Below are positions 23,758-36,214 of a stretch of 64,000 nucleotides of DNA, in pieces (position 1 is the stretch's first letter; every line of letters starts with the position of its first letter). The notes beneath the pieces are model-generated. The model saw only the letters and a program-made list of their open reading frames with translations, was not told the DNA's origin and made no database searches. The stretch is taken from the NCBI RefSeq assembly GCF_964213995.1, contig NW_027590185.1, positions 62,001 to 126,000 on the forward strand, given 5' to 3'. A program made the position numbers and the translations under genes. Origin of the DNA: Mustelus asterias. Its lineage: Eukaryota.

Positions 23758-24201
23758 AACAAGAGAGGAAAGAATGTTCCAGAGAAACTAAAATTGTTCA
23801 AAATTTCTATCCTGGACTGACTGATGACTTTTGTAAACTGTTTTACAGAATATTGGAAAGGAGGAATTACAGACAGAAATAGATATCACATTGAGATCTG
23901 ACAGAGTCACTCGATTCATCAGGGTCTGAATATCATTGGCCTTTGAATGTGGAAGGAGAAAGGTTTGTTCTGTCTGTGGGAAAAGATTTCAAACATCAGT
24001 GTGACTGGAAAAGCACTGAGACACACACAAATACCTGAGAGAGTATTTCTGTGAACTGACGATGGAAAGAGCTTTAACCAATTACACAGCCTGAAAAAAT
24101 GGCACACCATTCACAGCAAGGAGAAACTGTTCACATGTTCTGTGTGTGGACGAGGATTCAACTGAGTGTCCAACCTGGAGAGACACAAGAACACCGGCAC
24201 C

Positions 24202-25182
24202 CTGGAGAAACCATGGAAATGTGGGGATTGTGGAAAGGGTTACAGTTACCCTTCTGAACTGGAAATGCATCGACGCGCTCACACTGGGGAGAGGCCGTTC
24301 ACCTGCTCCACCTGTGGGAAGGGATTCACTCAGTCATCCAGCCTGCTGACACACCAGTATGTTCACACTGATCAGACACCTTTCAAATGTTCTGACTGTG
24401 AGAAAACATTTAAAAGCAAAAAGTATCTGCTGAGGCACCAACACATTCACAGTGAGGAGAAGCCGTTCACCTGCCCCTTGTGTGGGAAGCGATTCACTGC
24501 TACATCCAACCTGCAGAAACACCAGCGAGTTCACACTGACAAGAGACCGTTTAAATGTCCGGACTGCGGGAAGTGCTTCAAAACCTCCGGTGAAGTGACG
24601 TGTCATCAACGTGTTCACACTGACGAGAGACCATTTAGATGTTCTCACTGTGGGACTGGGTTCAGACGATCATCTGAACTCACTATACACCAGCGAATTC
24701 ACACTGGAGAGAGACCATACACCTGCTCTGTGTGTGAGAAGAACTTCATTCAATCATACCACCTGCTGAAACACCAGCAAATTCACATCAATGTAAAACC
24801 TTTTAAATGTTTTGACTGTGAGCAGAGCTTCAAAAGCAGCAAAAGTCTCGTGATGCACCAGCGAGTTCACACTGGGGAGAGACCGTTCACCTGCTCTGTG
24901 TGTGGGAAGGGATTCACTCAGTCATACAACCTGTTGAAACATCAGCGGATTCACTCTAATATAAAACATTATAAATATTTTGATTCTGAACAGAACATTA
25001 AAAGTAGCAATGATCTAATGATACCCCAGCAAGTTCACACTGGAGAGAGACTGTTCACCTGTTCCGAGTGTGGGAATGTATTCACTGACTTACAGCAAAT
25101 GCTCAGACACCAGCAACTTCATGAGTGTCTGCAGGGGTTGGATTCAACTGCTTTTGCTGCTGTTAATCACATTGAGGACTGA
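24202..25182 (+). CDS. C2H2 zinc-finger protein (Z5), 10 intact + 1 degenerate finger; start codon uncertain (CTG at the family ATG position)
   Basis: ggcaccCTGgag at 24202 where paralogs have ggcaccATGgag; first Met lies inside finger 1; C-terminus extends through the usual stop (HECLQGLDSTAFAAVNHIED*). Confidence 0.72.
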   Translation: MEKPWKCGDCGKGYSYPSELEMHRRAHTGERPFTCSTCGKGFTQSSSLLTHQYVHTDQTPFKCSDCEKTFKSKKYLLRHQHIHSEEKPFTCPLCGKRFTATSNLQKHQRVHTDKRPFKCPDCGKCFKTSGEVTCHQRVHTDERPFRCSHCGTGFRRSSELTIHQRIHTGERPYTCSVCEKNFIQSYHLLKHQQIHINVKPFKCFDCEQSFKSSKSLVMHQRVHTGERPFTCSVCGKGFTQSYNLLKHQRIHSNIKHYKYFDSEQNIKSSNDLMIPQQVHTGERLFTCSECGNVFTDLQQMLRHQQLHECLQGLDSTAFAAVNHIED

Positions 25183-25739
25183 ATGTGTGGGTTAATCCTG
25201 AGGTGTGAAAGAAATGTTTTCACCGCTCTCTTCCATGGATCAGAGCTCCTTATCTGGGGAGAGAAAACAGGTCCATTCTGGGTTTGTCATCCAGCAAGCT
25301 GCTGTGGAAGCTTTCTTCATAAGAGGGAGAGAGGGAGGGACAGAGAGTGCTGTTCTGTTAATTTTCAAGGAACTTTTTTACATGTTATGAAGATTATTAG
25401 ATAGTGATTGTTTACAAAGCATGCTCTGAAATCAGATTGATATAAAACTGCGAGCTGTTCCTGACCACAAGTGACTATTCCAGTCTGAAAATGTCTCTGA
25501 TCTGAAGTTTCCAAATGTTTTTGTGGCATTCCTGAGTTTTCAGATGAAAAGCGGTGACAACAATTGGTATTTACCCAGTAACAGGTTAAAATGTACCGAG
25601 ACCCTTCACAGACGGTCAGAAGCTGGGTTGAAAAGGTAAGGAGCAGGTTTAGTGAGGGATTTCCATCCTTTCGGACCTCAGCAGGTGAAAGTACAGGTGG
25701 AGTGAAGCCGGTTGGGGGAGCTGAAGAGGGTCAGAACAT

Positions 25740-26715
25740 TTTATTTTATTGTCTCCTGGGATGTGGGCATCACTGGAAAGGCCAGAACTTGTTACCCATC
25801 CCTTATTGTCCCTGAACTGAGTGACTTGCTCGGCCCTAGACCCAACCACATTGCTGTGAGTCCAGAGTCACACGTAGGCCAGACCAGATAAGGATGGCAG
25901 ATTTCCTTCCCTAAAGGACATTGGTAAAGTTTTACAACAATCGATGATAACTAACATGGACATCATTACTGAGACTAGCTTTAGAATTCCAGATTCATTA
26001 ATTGAATTGGGGATTTGAACCCATGTCCCCAGAGCATTAGGCTGGACTTCTGAATGTCTGTTCCAGAAGTGGAAATGGTTGAGAGCTTCATGATTTGAGG
26101 TGTCCAGATCACCAACAACCTGTCCTGGTCCCTCCACGCCAACACTATAGTTAAGAAAGGCCACCAACACCTCTGCTTTCTCAGGAGGCTAAGAAAATTT
26201 GGCATGTATTTTACACAGAGGGTGGTGGGGGCCTGGAATGTGCTGCCAGGCAAGGTGGTGGAGGCGGACACACTGGGAATGTTTAAGACTTATCTAGATA
26301 GCCACATGAACGGAGTGGGAATGGAGGGATACAAAAGAGTGGTCTAGTTTGGACCAGGGAGCGGCACGGGCTTGGAAGGCCAAAGGGCCTGTTCCTGTGC
26401 TGTATTGTTCTATGTCTGCTACGACTCTCATTAGCTTTTACAGATGCACCATAGAAAGCACTCAAGTCTGAGATCACGGACCAACCGACTCAAGAACACC
26501 TTCTTCTCTGCTGCTATCAGACTCTTGAATGGACCTACCTTGCATTAAGCTTTTCTCTACACCCTAGCTATGACTTTAACACTATTTTCTGCACTATCTC
26601 CTTTCCTTCTCCCTGATGTACTCTATGAACAGTATGTTTTTTGTCTGTATGTTGTGCAAGAAACAATACTTTTCACAGTATCCCAATACAGATGACAGTA
26701 ATAAACCCAATCAAA
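25740..26715. mobile_element. Nested SINE (-, 25740-26060), Rex1/Babar (+) and CR1 3' tail (+, 26210-26415)
   Basis: KKGHQHLCFLRRLRKFGM (Rex1), FTQRVVGAWNVLPGKVVEA (CR1) and antisense SINE body. Confidence 0.7.
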
Positions 26716-28305
26716 GACATTACCACTGTGTCACCTTCTTCCCTAATTGGAGGAGGGCAGGGAGCTCGGAGGGTTGTGGGGCTGGTGGAGGTTCCAGAGA
26801 CTGTCTATCATGGAGAAAGTGGCTGCCTCCATGGAGCTTCAAGCACGGCTCTGACTTGCCTCCAAGCAGGTCATGACCATAAACTGTAAACTTCCAGCCC
26901 TTGTCCATTGTTACATCCCGAGGACCGGCTCCCCCTCTCTCTGGCTTTGTGCTGATTGTCGATCCGGCTGGGAGCCACTGGGTGGATGAGTGGGTGAAGG
27001 AATGTTCAGTGAACATGAAGGGGGTTGTGTCTGTTTCCCCATTTTTGTTCTGTTCACTTTTCCAATATTTATTTATTTTCATTTTTAACCAAAACATATT
27101 CAAGTTGTAACACTGAAATCCAGAGGAGTTTAAATCTGTTAAAATCAATCCCATCCTGTCCACAGGAGGACTGGACTGGCCCCAACTTTTTATGGTATCA
27201 ATAAACACAGATCTTACAAGATGTTTATTGGGGGAATTGTTTTTCTCTGAGACCAGGGACGGTCAAACACTGTCCCAAAGTTCAGATTAGAGCCGTGAGC
27301 CTGTGCTATGGGGCCACACACATGGAGCACCGTTCCCAGATGTCCTTTCCCGGATGTCCTTCACCCCTGATATAAATCACCCCACCATTGGTGGCCGTGC
27401 CTTCAGCTGCCTGGACCCTAAGCTCTGGAATTTCCTCCCTAAACCTCTCCACCTTTCCACTTCACTTTCCTGCTTAAACACTCTCCTTATAACCAATCTC
27501 TTTGGATCATCTGACCCAATATATCCTTATGTTCTTGTGGAACTGCTTAGGACATTTTATTAAGTGAAAAGCTCCGCATAAATATTAGTTGTTGTTGTAG
27601 TTCAGTGAGATCTGATCACTTACTGAGTGAGTGTATCTGTATAAATGTAACTCAGGTGGACACAGTTTGTTAGAACAGACTGAGGGAGAAGGAAGTTTTG
27701 AACTAACCACTGGACCTTTTGTTCTAACTTGCTTTTACACCCTGCAGCTAAATGTTTTCCAGACACACTGGCTGCCTACAGAATAAATCTGAAATTTTAA
27801 ACATCACCCCCCCCCCTCCACCAACAAGAAAAAAAACAATATAAATACATTGATATCAAGTGCATGGCTCTCATTGCAACATTCTTTTATTCATTTGTGG
27901 GACATGGTCATCGTTGGCTGGCCAGCATTTATTGCCCATCCCGAGTTGCCCTTGGTGGGCATTTAAGAAACAACCACATTGCTGTGGCTTTGGTGTCACA
28001 TGTAGGCCAGACCAGGTAAGGACGGCAGATTTCCTTCCCTAAAGGACATTAGTGAACATACATGCAGATATAGGAATTAGGAGGAGTCGGCCACTTGGCC
28101 CCTTGAGTCCGGCCTACCATTCAATAAGATAATGTCTGATCTGATTGTAACCTCAACTCCATATACCCACCTATCCCGATAAATTTTCACCCCCTTATTT
28201 ATTGTTACGATCCTTGACCAGACCCTGGGATGTGAGGGGAGATCCAGTTAGGGACAATAAACACTTTGATTGAAATAATGGTTGCGATTCAAGACACTTG
28301 ACAAG

Positions 28306-28617
28306 TGGCACGGTGGCACAGTGGTTAGCACTGCTGCCTCAGCACCAGGGGTCCAGGTTCGATTCCCGGCATGGGTGACTGTCTATGTGGAGTTCGCATA
28401 TTCTCCCTGTGTCTGTGTGGGTTTCCCCCGGGTGCTCCGGTTTTCTCCCACAGCCGAAAGTGTGCTGGTTAGGTGGATTGGCTGTGCTAAATTGCCCCTT
28501 AGTGTCAGGGGGACTAGCTAGGGTAAATGCATGGGGTTATGGGTATAGAGCCTGGGTGGGATTGTGGTCGGTGCAGACTCGATGGGCCGAATGGTCTCCT
28601 CTAGGGATTCTATGAGT
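28306..28617 (+). mobile_element. HE1-type SINE, full length
   Basis: ggcacggtggcacagtggttagcactgctgcctca...gggccgaatgg...gggattctatga. Confidence 0.87.
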
Positions 28618-28654
28618 CTAACATGTGAATAAAGGCACAAGATTCCACAGATTC

Positions 28655-28860
28655 TGGAGCAGGATTGGAGGGGGCACTCCGCTCCCTCTCGGTCCTCCAG
28701 CCCCGCCCCTCATTCACTCTAGTTGGTTGGAGGACCAGCCGCTCCCACTTGGTCCTCCAGCTGCTCCCTCTCGGCTCTCCAGCCAACCAGCGAATCCTCT
28801 CTTTTCATTGTTGTGGAATCATAACCTGGAGCAAAGGCCCAACTGAGAAAAGGTGATTAT
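28655..28860 (+). promoter_or_regulatory. Eroded promoter/first exon of Z6
   Basis: ggtcctccagccccgccc and ggttggaggaccagccgctccc match 42748-42792 of the Z7/Z8 promoter; candidate donor aag|gtgatt ~28853. Confidence 0.5.
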
Positions 28861-29064
28861 TTCTGGATATTTAAAATCAGTAATAAAGTCATTAAAGTTG
28901 ATTTGTTGTTGTGAGCTGCATTATTTGTTGGGATGAGAGTGAAGGAATGGACCCACAGCCTGAGTCACCAGTTTAAGGACAGGAGGAGAGAGAATCAGAC
29001 TGAATTTGGAGCAATGAGCAGAGAGGGACAGGAGTGTGTGGGACACAGTTACACATCTGGGGAA

Positions 29065-30400
29065 GTATATATGGGGGAACTATAAGTATATAAAGAGGAA
29101 GAGAATACCTAAAGTAAATGTTGGTCCTTTAGAGGACAATACTGATGATGGGGAACGCAGAGATGGCAGAGACACTAAACCAATATTTTGCCTCTGTCTT
29201 CATGGTAGAGAATCATGAAGAATTTCCAAAAACTATCGTTAATGTAGAGGAACTTGGTACAATAACCATCGCTAGGGAGACAGTGTTGAATAAACTAAAA
29301 GGATTAAAGGCAGATAAGTCTCTGGGACCTGATGGCCTGCACCCTCGGGTATTAAAGGAGGCGGCAGCAGAAATAGTGGATGCATTAGTTGTGATATTTC
29401 AAAATTCCTTGGTTTCTGGTAAGGTCTCGGTGGATTGGAAACATGCTAATGTGATGCCCATATTCAAAAAGGTGAAAAGGGAAACAAAGTAGGAAAGCAA
29501 AGGCCAGTTCGCTTGACCTCTGTAATGAGGAAGTTGCTGGAATCAATCGTTAAGGAGGAGATGAATGAGCATTTGGAATGGCAAAGCTCAATCCATTATT
29601 GTCAGTCTGGTTTTATTCAGGGTAAGTCATGTTTAACAAACTTGCTTAAATTCTTTGAGGACAGAACCAGCAAGGTAGATAGAGGGGAACCTGTGGATGT
29701 GGTATATATAGACTTCCAGAAGTCGTTTGACAAGGTGCCACACAAAAGACTGATCCAGAAGTTGAGATCACAGGGGATTGAGTGTAGAGAACTGGATTGG
29801 ATTGAGGATTGGCGAACTGACAGAAAGCAGAGGGTCGGGATAAATGAGTCCTTCTCTGGCTGGCAAAATATAACTAATGGGGTGCTGCAGGGGTCAGTCC
29901 TCGGACCTCAACTGTTTACAATCTATATAAATGATCTGCAAGCAGGGACAGAGTGTAACAGCAAAATTTGCGGGTGATACTAAAATAGGTGGGAAAGCAG
30001 TCAGTGAAGAGGATATAAAGATTCCACAGATGGATATAGATACGTTAGGAGAATGGGTGAAAGTTTGGCAGATGAAGTTTAGTGTGGACAGGTGTGAGGT
30101 TATCCACTGACAGAAAAAAATGGAAAGGCAAATTATCTAAATGGAAAGCAGCTTCACTATGTGTCCAGGCAGAGGGAATTGGGTGTCTATGTTCATGAAT
30201 CACAGGAAGTCGGTCTGCAGGTGCAGCAAGTAATAAAAAAGGCATATGGGATGTTGGTATTTATTGTAAAGAATCTGGAGTATAAACAGGTGGGGAGGTG
30301 GGTTTGAGATCAGGGAGAGATCAGCCGTGATCTGATTGAATGGCGGAGCAGGCTCGAAGAACTGAATTTGCCGACTTCTGCTCCTAATTCCTATGTTCCC
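29065..30400 (+). mobile_element. CR1 LINE ORF2 remnant with 3' tail
   Basis: LGPDGLHPRVLKE, GKSCLTNLL, IDFQKSFDKVPH, GVLQGSVLGPQLF; stops and deletions. Confidence 0.9.
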
Positions 30401-30488
30401 TTGAAAGCTTCCACAGAAACTAGAATTGTCTGCTCTGAATTTCTGTCCTCTATTTACATTGATAACTTCTGTAAACTCCTTTTACAGG

Positions 30489-31602
30489 GGGTGAGAGGGA
30501 GAGGAGTTCCAGACAGGAAAGTCAGAACAAACATCATGTCAAAATCTGAGAGTCACTCGATTCATCAGGAGCTGAATATCATTGATCTTTGAATGTGGAA
30601 GGAAAAATGTTTGTCTCTTCTGTCTGTGGGAAAAGATTTCATAAATCTGTGAGACTGGGAAAGCACCGAGCCCCACACACACCCGAGGGAGAGTGTTCCA
30701 GTGCACTGAGTGTGGAAAGAGCTTTAAACAGTTACACAGCCTGAAACTACATCACATTCACAGAGGGAAGAAACTATACAACATGTGTGTGTGGACGAGG
30801 ATTTAACTGATCATCCAACCTGGAGAGACATGATGACACCGACACCACAGAGAAACCGTGGATATGTGGGGACTGTGGGAAAGCATTCACTTGCCCATCC
30901 AAACTGGAAACACATCGACGCACCCACACTGGGGAGAGACCCTTCACCTGCTCCATGTGTGGGAAGGATTTCACTCAGTCATCCAACCTAGCATTACATC
31001 AGCGTGTTCACACTGGAGGGGCCGTTCAGCTGCTCTGTGTGTGGTAAAAGGTTTATTCAGTCATACAATCTAGCGTTACACCAGCGGGTTCACACTGGGG
31101 AGAGGCCATTCACCTGCTCCGTGTATGGGAAGGGATTCATTAATTCCTCTAACCTAGTGGCACACCAGCGAGTTCACTCCGGGGAGAAACCATTCAGCTG
31201 CACTGACTGTGGAATGAGCTTTAGGCTTTCATCCACCTGCTGAAATACCAGCGAGTTCACACTGAGGAGAGGCCATTCAGCTGCACTGACTGTGGAAAGA
31301 GTTTCAGACACTCAGGCAGTCTCACTGTACACCAGCGAGCTCACACTGGGGAGAGGCCATTCACCTGCTCCGAGTGTGGGAAGGGATTCACTGATTCATG
31401 TCAACTGCTGAGACATGAACGAGTTCACACCGGGGAGAGGCCGTTCACCTGCTCCGAGTGTGGGAAGGGATTCATTGATTCATCTCAGCTGCTGAAACAC
31501 CAGCGAGTTCACACCGAGGAGAGGCCATTCACCTGCTCCGAGTGTGGGAAGGGATTAACTGATTCATCTCAGCTGCTGAAACACCAGCGAGTTCACAAGT
31601 GA
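30489..31602 (+). pseudogene. C2H2 ZNF pseudogene (Z6)
   Basis: No ATG at the family start (accACAgag); 2-nt deletion ~31017 leading to TAA; further shift ~31232; last three fingers are near-identical 84-bp copies; terminal HK*. Confidence 0.82.
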
Positions 31603-32211
31603 GGGCAGGGATTGGATTCTGCTGTTATTGCTGCTGTTAATGACAACCAGGCCCTTTCATTCTGACAGCTGGAGTTTGTTTATACTCAGTAACTGGGCTG
31701 GAGTTTAATATTCTGGATCTGGAGCTGATTGTGCTCCCGGGGCTGCAGTGTCCCTTTAAGAACCTCTGTCTGCGACCTTTCCCCATAATTCAGCAACTCG
31801 CATCAGAAATTAATTTACAACAGGATTCTGAACTTCTTACTTCAATCCCAAATTGATCTTTGGTACAAAACTTTACAATTCAGTGTCTGAGAGGTTCCAC
31901 TGATTAACATCTCCAATTAAAATGCTGATTAATCCTTGTTGACAATTCTTACTGACCTGCACATTACACCCAGTGACACCTCCATTATCCACCAGAAAGA
32001 AGGGGAATGGAAATTGGTGGAGAATCGAGAGTTCCCAAATGTTACCTCTCCCATCTGGTACAGAATTCCCCTCAGCCCGGGAGTGGAGACAAGTTCAATC
32101 CAAGTAACGGATTGTAAGAAATTGCTATCTAATAACTTTATAAAATTTTCACAAATTTCTGGATTATAGAAGTAGCTCACTCTCTGTCTTATGAAGAAAG
32201 CTTCCATCACA

Positions 32212-32312
32212 GCTCTGAGAAAGGGTCATCCAGACTCGAAACATCGGCTCTATTTTCTCTCCACAGATACTGTCAGACCAGCTGAAATTTTCCAGCATTT
32301 TCTGTTTTTGAA
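32212..32312 (+). mobile_element. Penelope pseudo-LTR fragment with decayed hammerhead-like motif
   Basis: ctgagaaagggtcatccagactcgaaacatcggctc...ttccagcattttctgttttt; same family as 54540-54820 and 61503-61713. Confidence 0.55.
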
Positions 32313-32739
32313 ACACAGGACAGGCCTGTTATCTCTGCCAAGGACAATGTCTCTAGACCCTGAAACAAGAGATTTCTAACCCTGATACGATCGGATCTCA
32401 TGACCCGTACATAAACCAGCTGCCTGTGTGAAGTTTAAAACAGGCTCTTGAGAGCAATGAGATTTTGTAGTGATCCGTACTGACTTCAGCCCAACACCCG
32501 CACTCTGGCTCACACCAGTAAACCATTCAGAGGAGACTGCAGCCACCAGCTACAGAGACCAGCACTCTCTCTGTGTCATCTGTCTGTTTGTCCTCTGGGA
32601 CTGGTAAACCATTCTCATCTGCCAGTTTGTGGGTTTTTCCTGTTTATTTGGCTTCTGCATCATATTCAAAGTGTTGCTTCTCAATGAAATACTTCAAATC
32701 ACTTCTGAACTCAACACCCTTTTTGGGTAATCTGTGATT

Positions 32740-33360
32740 TATAGAAACATAGAAAAACTACAGCACAAAACAGGCCCTTCGGCCCCACAAGTTGTGCCGA
32801 ACATATCCCTACCTTTTCGGCCGACCTATAACCCTCCATCCTATTAAGTCCCATGTACTCATCCAGGAGTCTCTTAAAAGACCCTATTGAGTTTGCCTCC
32901 ACCACCACTGACGGCAGCCGATTTCACTCGCCCACCACCCTCTGTGTGAAAAACTTCCCCCTAACATTTCCCCTGTACCTACCCCCCAGCACCTTAAACC
33001 TGTGTCCTCTCAGAGCAGCCATTTCCACCCTGGGAAAAAGCCTCAGAGTCCACCCACTGCTAACCACTGTGCTACCGTGCCGCCCTGTACAAGTTGTACA
33101 AGACATTGGTGAGGCCACACTTCGAATACTGTGTGCAATTCTGGTCACCCTATTATAGAAAGGATATTATTAAACCCTCTGCAAATCCCTGACACTAGGG
33201 TCAATTCAGCATGGCCAATCAACCTAACCGGCACATCTATGGACTGTGGGAGGAAACCAGAGCACCCGGAGGCAACTCACACAGACACGGGGAGAATGTG
33301 CAAACTCTACACAGACAGTGACCTGAGGCCAGAATTGAACCCAGGTCCCTGGCGCTGCGA
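32740..33360. mobile_element. Chimeric CR1 tail (-), short CR1 (+) and HE1 SINE (-) fragments
   Basis: LRGHRFKVLGGRYRGNVRGKFFTQRVV on minus; gtgaggccacacttcgaatactgtgtgcaattctgg on plus; antisense HE1 body 33175-33360. Confidence 0.7.
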
Positions 33361-34204
33361 CCAAAATTCGTGTTTTAACTAACATCACCATGGATTGATC
33401 AGTTGGTCTGATTGCTGTTTGTGAAATCTTACTGTGTACAAACTGACTGCCAGGATCAGTAACAACTTGTATTTAAAGAACACGTTTAATGTAATAAAAC
33501 ATCCCAAGGTGCCTCAGAGGAATTTTGTAACAAAATACTGAGTCACACTGGGTGATATGTGAACAGATGGTCAAAAGCTTGATAGGAGTGGGAGATTTTA
33601 ATGAGAATCTTTAATCAGGAGGGAGGGAATGGAGGGGCGGAGAGGTTTAGGGAGGGAATTTCAGAACTTCACACCAGGACACAGACATTAATGACGGAGT
33701 AATTAAAATCAGAGATGTTCAAGAGGCCAGAATGAGAAGAGCACAGATATCTCAGAGGGTGTGTTATTGGAGATTAGAGATTGGGAAGGACAGGCCATGG
33801 AGGGATTTGAAAACAAGGATGCAAATGTTAAAATCAATGCATTACCTGATGTGGACCCGATGTAGTTCAGTGAGCACAGGATGTGATGGGTGAACAGCAC
33901 ACGGGCAGCAGAGTTTTGGATAATCACGAATGTGGGGAGGTGATGGGCTGGTGGTATTGTCGCCAGACTATTGTCAATGTTCTGGGGACCCGGGTTCGAA
34001 TCCTGCCACGGCAGGTGGTGGAATTGGAATTCAATAAAAAATATCTGGAATTAAGAATCTACTGATGACCATGAAATTATTGTCGATTGTTGGAAAAACC
34101 CATCTGGTTCGCTCATGTCCTTTAGGGAAGGAAATCTGCTGTCCTTACCTGGTCTGGCCTACATGTGACTCCAGACCCACAGCAATGTTGACTGACCCTC
34201 AACA

Positions 34205-34670
34205 ATTCGGGACATTTTTTGGGTCCAACCAAATCAACAAAATCAAATTAACTTTGGGGCAACACAAAAGGGGCAGCTCCCTAAAAGGTGGGGAACCGCC
34301 CGAAACAAAAAAACTAAGCGCAAAGGAAACTTAAAACACCAAATTAAAATGTGATTAAGGGGGACACCCAGTCCCTGTGGTGCCCAGCGGGCACGGAAGG
34401 CATCAACTGTGCCCTCGGACACTGCATTCTCCCTCTCCAGGGACACCCGGTCACAAATATAGCTGCAGTAGAGGGGCAGACAGGCAGGTTGGACAATCCC
34501 CTCGGTCGCCCGCTGCCTGGACTTGTAGATGGCACACCTTCCCAGGCCCAGGAGCAGGTTCACGAGGAGGTCCTCCTCCTCCATCCACCCCCCTCTCCCT
34601 TGCACCGGGTGCCCATAGATCAGGAGTGTGGGGCTGAAGTGCAAACAAAACAACAACAAAAGGATTTTTA
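34205..34670 (-). mobile_element. Tx1-clade (L1 group) retrotransposon ORF2 C-terminus and 3' end
   Basis: FCLHFSPTLLIYGHPV...DLLVNLLLGLGRCAIYKSRQRA...RVSLERENAVSEGTVDAFRARWAP resembles recalled Tx1 ORF2 ends. Confidence 0.72.
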
Positions 34671-34914
34671 GAAAACTGAGAAGGTTTATACGGTTGCAAC
34701 ATTGAGGCTCGGATAATGTTCAGTAACAAACTGAAATTATGCAGATTTCCGTCACTTAATGAATGCTTCTGCCTGGTTTCGAACGGGGGACCATTCGCAT
34801 GTTCGGCGAATGCGATAACCATTACAACACAGAAACAAGTGACAAAGAGAACAACAGGAGTGAACCATTCAGATCCTGGAATCCCTTCCGCATTTCAATG
34901 AGATCATGAATGAT

Positions 34915-35190
34915 CTATAAAGTTTATTAGTCACAAGTAAGGCTTACATTAACACTGTAATGAAGTTACTGTGAAATTCCCCGAGTCGCCACAGTCTGGC
35001 GCCTGTTTGGATTAATGCACTTAACCAACACATCTTTCAGAATGTGGGAGGAAACCGGAGCACCCGGAGGAAACGCACGCAGACACGGGGAGAACGTGCA
35101 GACTCCACACAAACAGTGACCTGAGGCCGGAATTGAACCCGGGTCCCTGGCACTGTGAGGCAGCAGTGCTAACCACTGTGGCACCGTGCA
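34915..35190 (-). mobile_element. SINE with HE1-type head and alternative tail
   Basis: Reverse complement of the 21738-22010 type. Confidence 0.8.
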
Positions 35191-36214
35191 GTGGGACCAA
35201 CATTCATGTTTTAACTAACATCACCATGGATTAATCGGTTGGTCGGATTGCTGTTTGTGGAATCTTACTGTGTACAAACTGACTGCTGGGATCAACAACA
35301 ACTTGTATTTATAGAACATATTTATTGTAATAAAACATCCCAAGGTGCTTCAGAGGAATTTTGTAACAAAACACTGAGTCACACTGGGAGTCAGTGAATT
35401 GAGGAAAGATTCCAGACAGCGGCTCTTCGAGGTCCACTACAGGCCCAACAGCTCAATCAGCTCCAATCTCAGCTCAGGAGAGCTCGACAACCCCACATAC
35501 TGTCCAAAGCTTGATAGGAGTGGGAGATTTTAATGAGAATCTTTAATCAGGAGGGAGGGAATGGAGGGACAGAGAGGTTTAGGGAGGGAATCTCAGAACT
35601 TCACACCAGGACACAGACATTAATGATGGAGAATCAAAATCAGAGATGTTCAAGTGGCCAGAATGAGAAGAACACAGATATCTCAGAGGGTGTGTTATTG
35701 GAGATTAGAGATTGGGAAGGACAGGCCGTGGAGAGATTTGAAAACAAGGATGCAAATGTTAAAATCAATGCATTACCTGATGTGGACCCGATGTAGTTCA
35801 GTGAGCACAGGATGTGATGGTGAGCAGCACACAGGCAGCAGAGTTTTGGATAATCACAAATGTGGGGAGGCGATGGGCTGGTGGTATTGTCGCTAGACTA
35901 TTGTCAATGTTCTGGGGACCCGGGTTCGAATCCTGCCACGGCAGGTGGTGGAATTTGAATTCAATAAAAAATATCTGGAATTAAGAATCTACTGATGATC
36001 ATGAAATTATTGTCGATTGTTATAAAAACCCATCTGGTTCACTAACGTCCTTCAGGGAAGGAAATCTGCTGTCCTTACCTGGTCTGGCCTACATGTGACT
36101 CCAGACCCACAGCAATGTTGGCTGACCCTCACCTGCCCTCCAGGGCCAATTAGGGATGGAGAATTATTGCTGGGCAGCCAGTGATGCCCACGGTCCACAA
36201 ATGAATAAAAAAGA

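Larger units (their letters stand above)
33371..36130 (+). repeat. Local direct duplication (~830 bp; 33371-34200 and 35207-36130) of an L2 tail + SINE composite
   Basis: Both begin tgttttaactaacatcaccatggatt and run colinearly to ccagacccacagcaatgttg.ctgaccctc. Confidence 0.92.
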
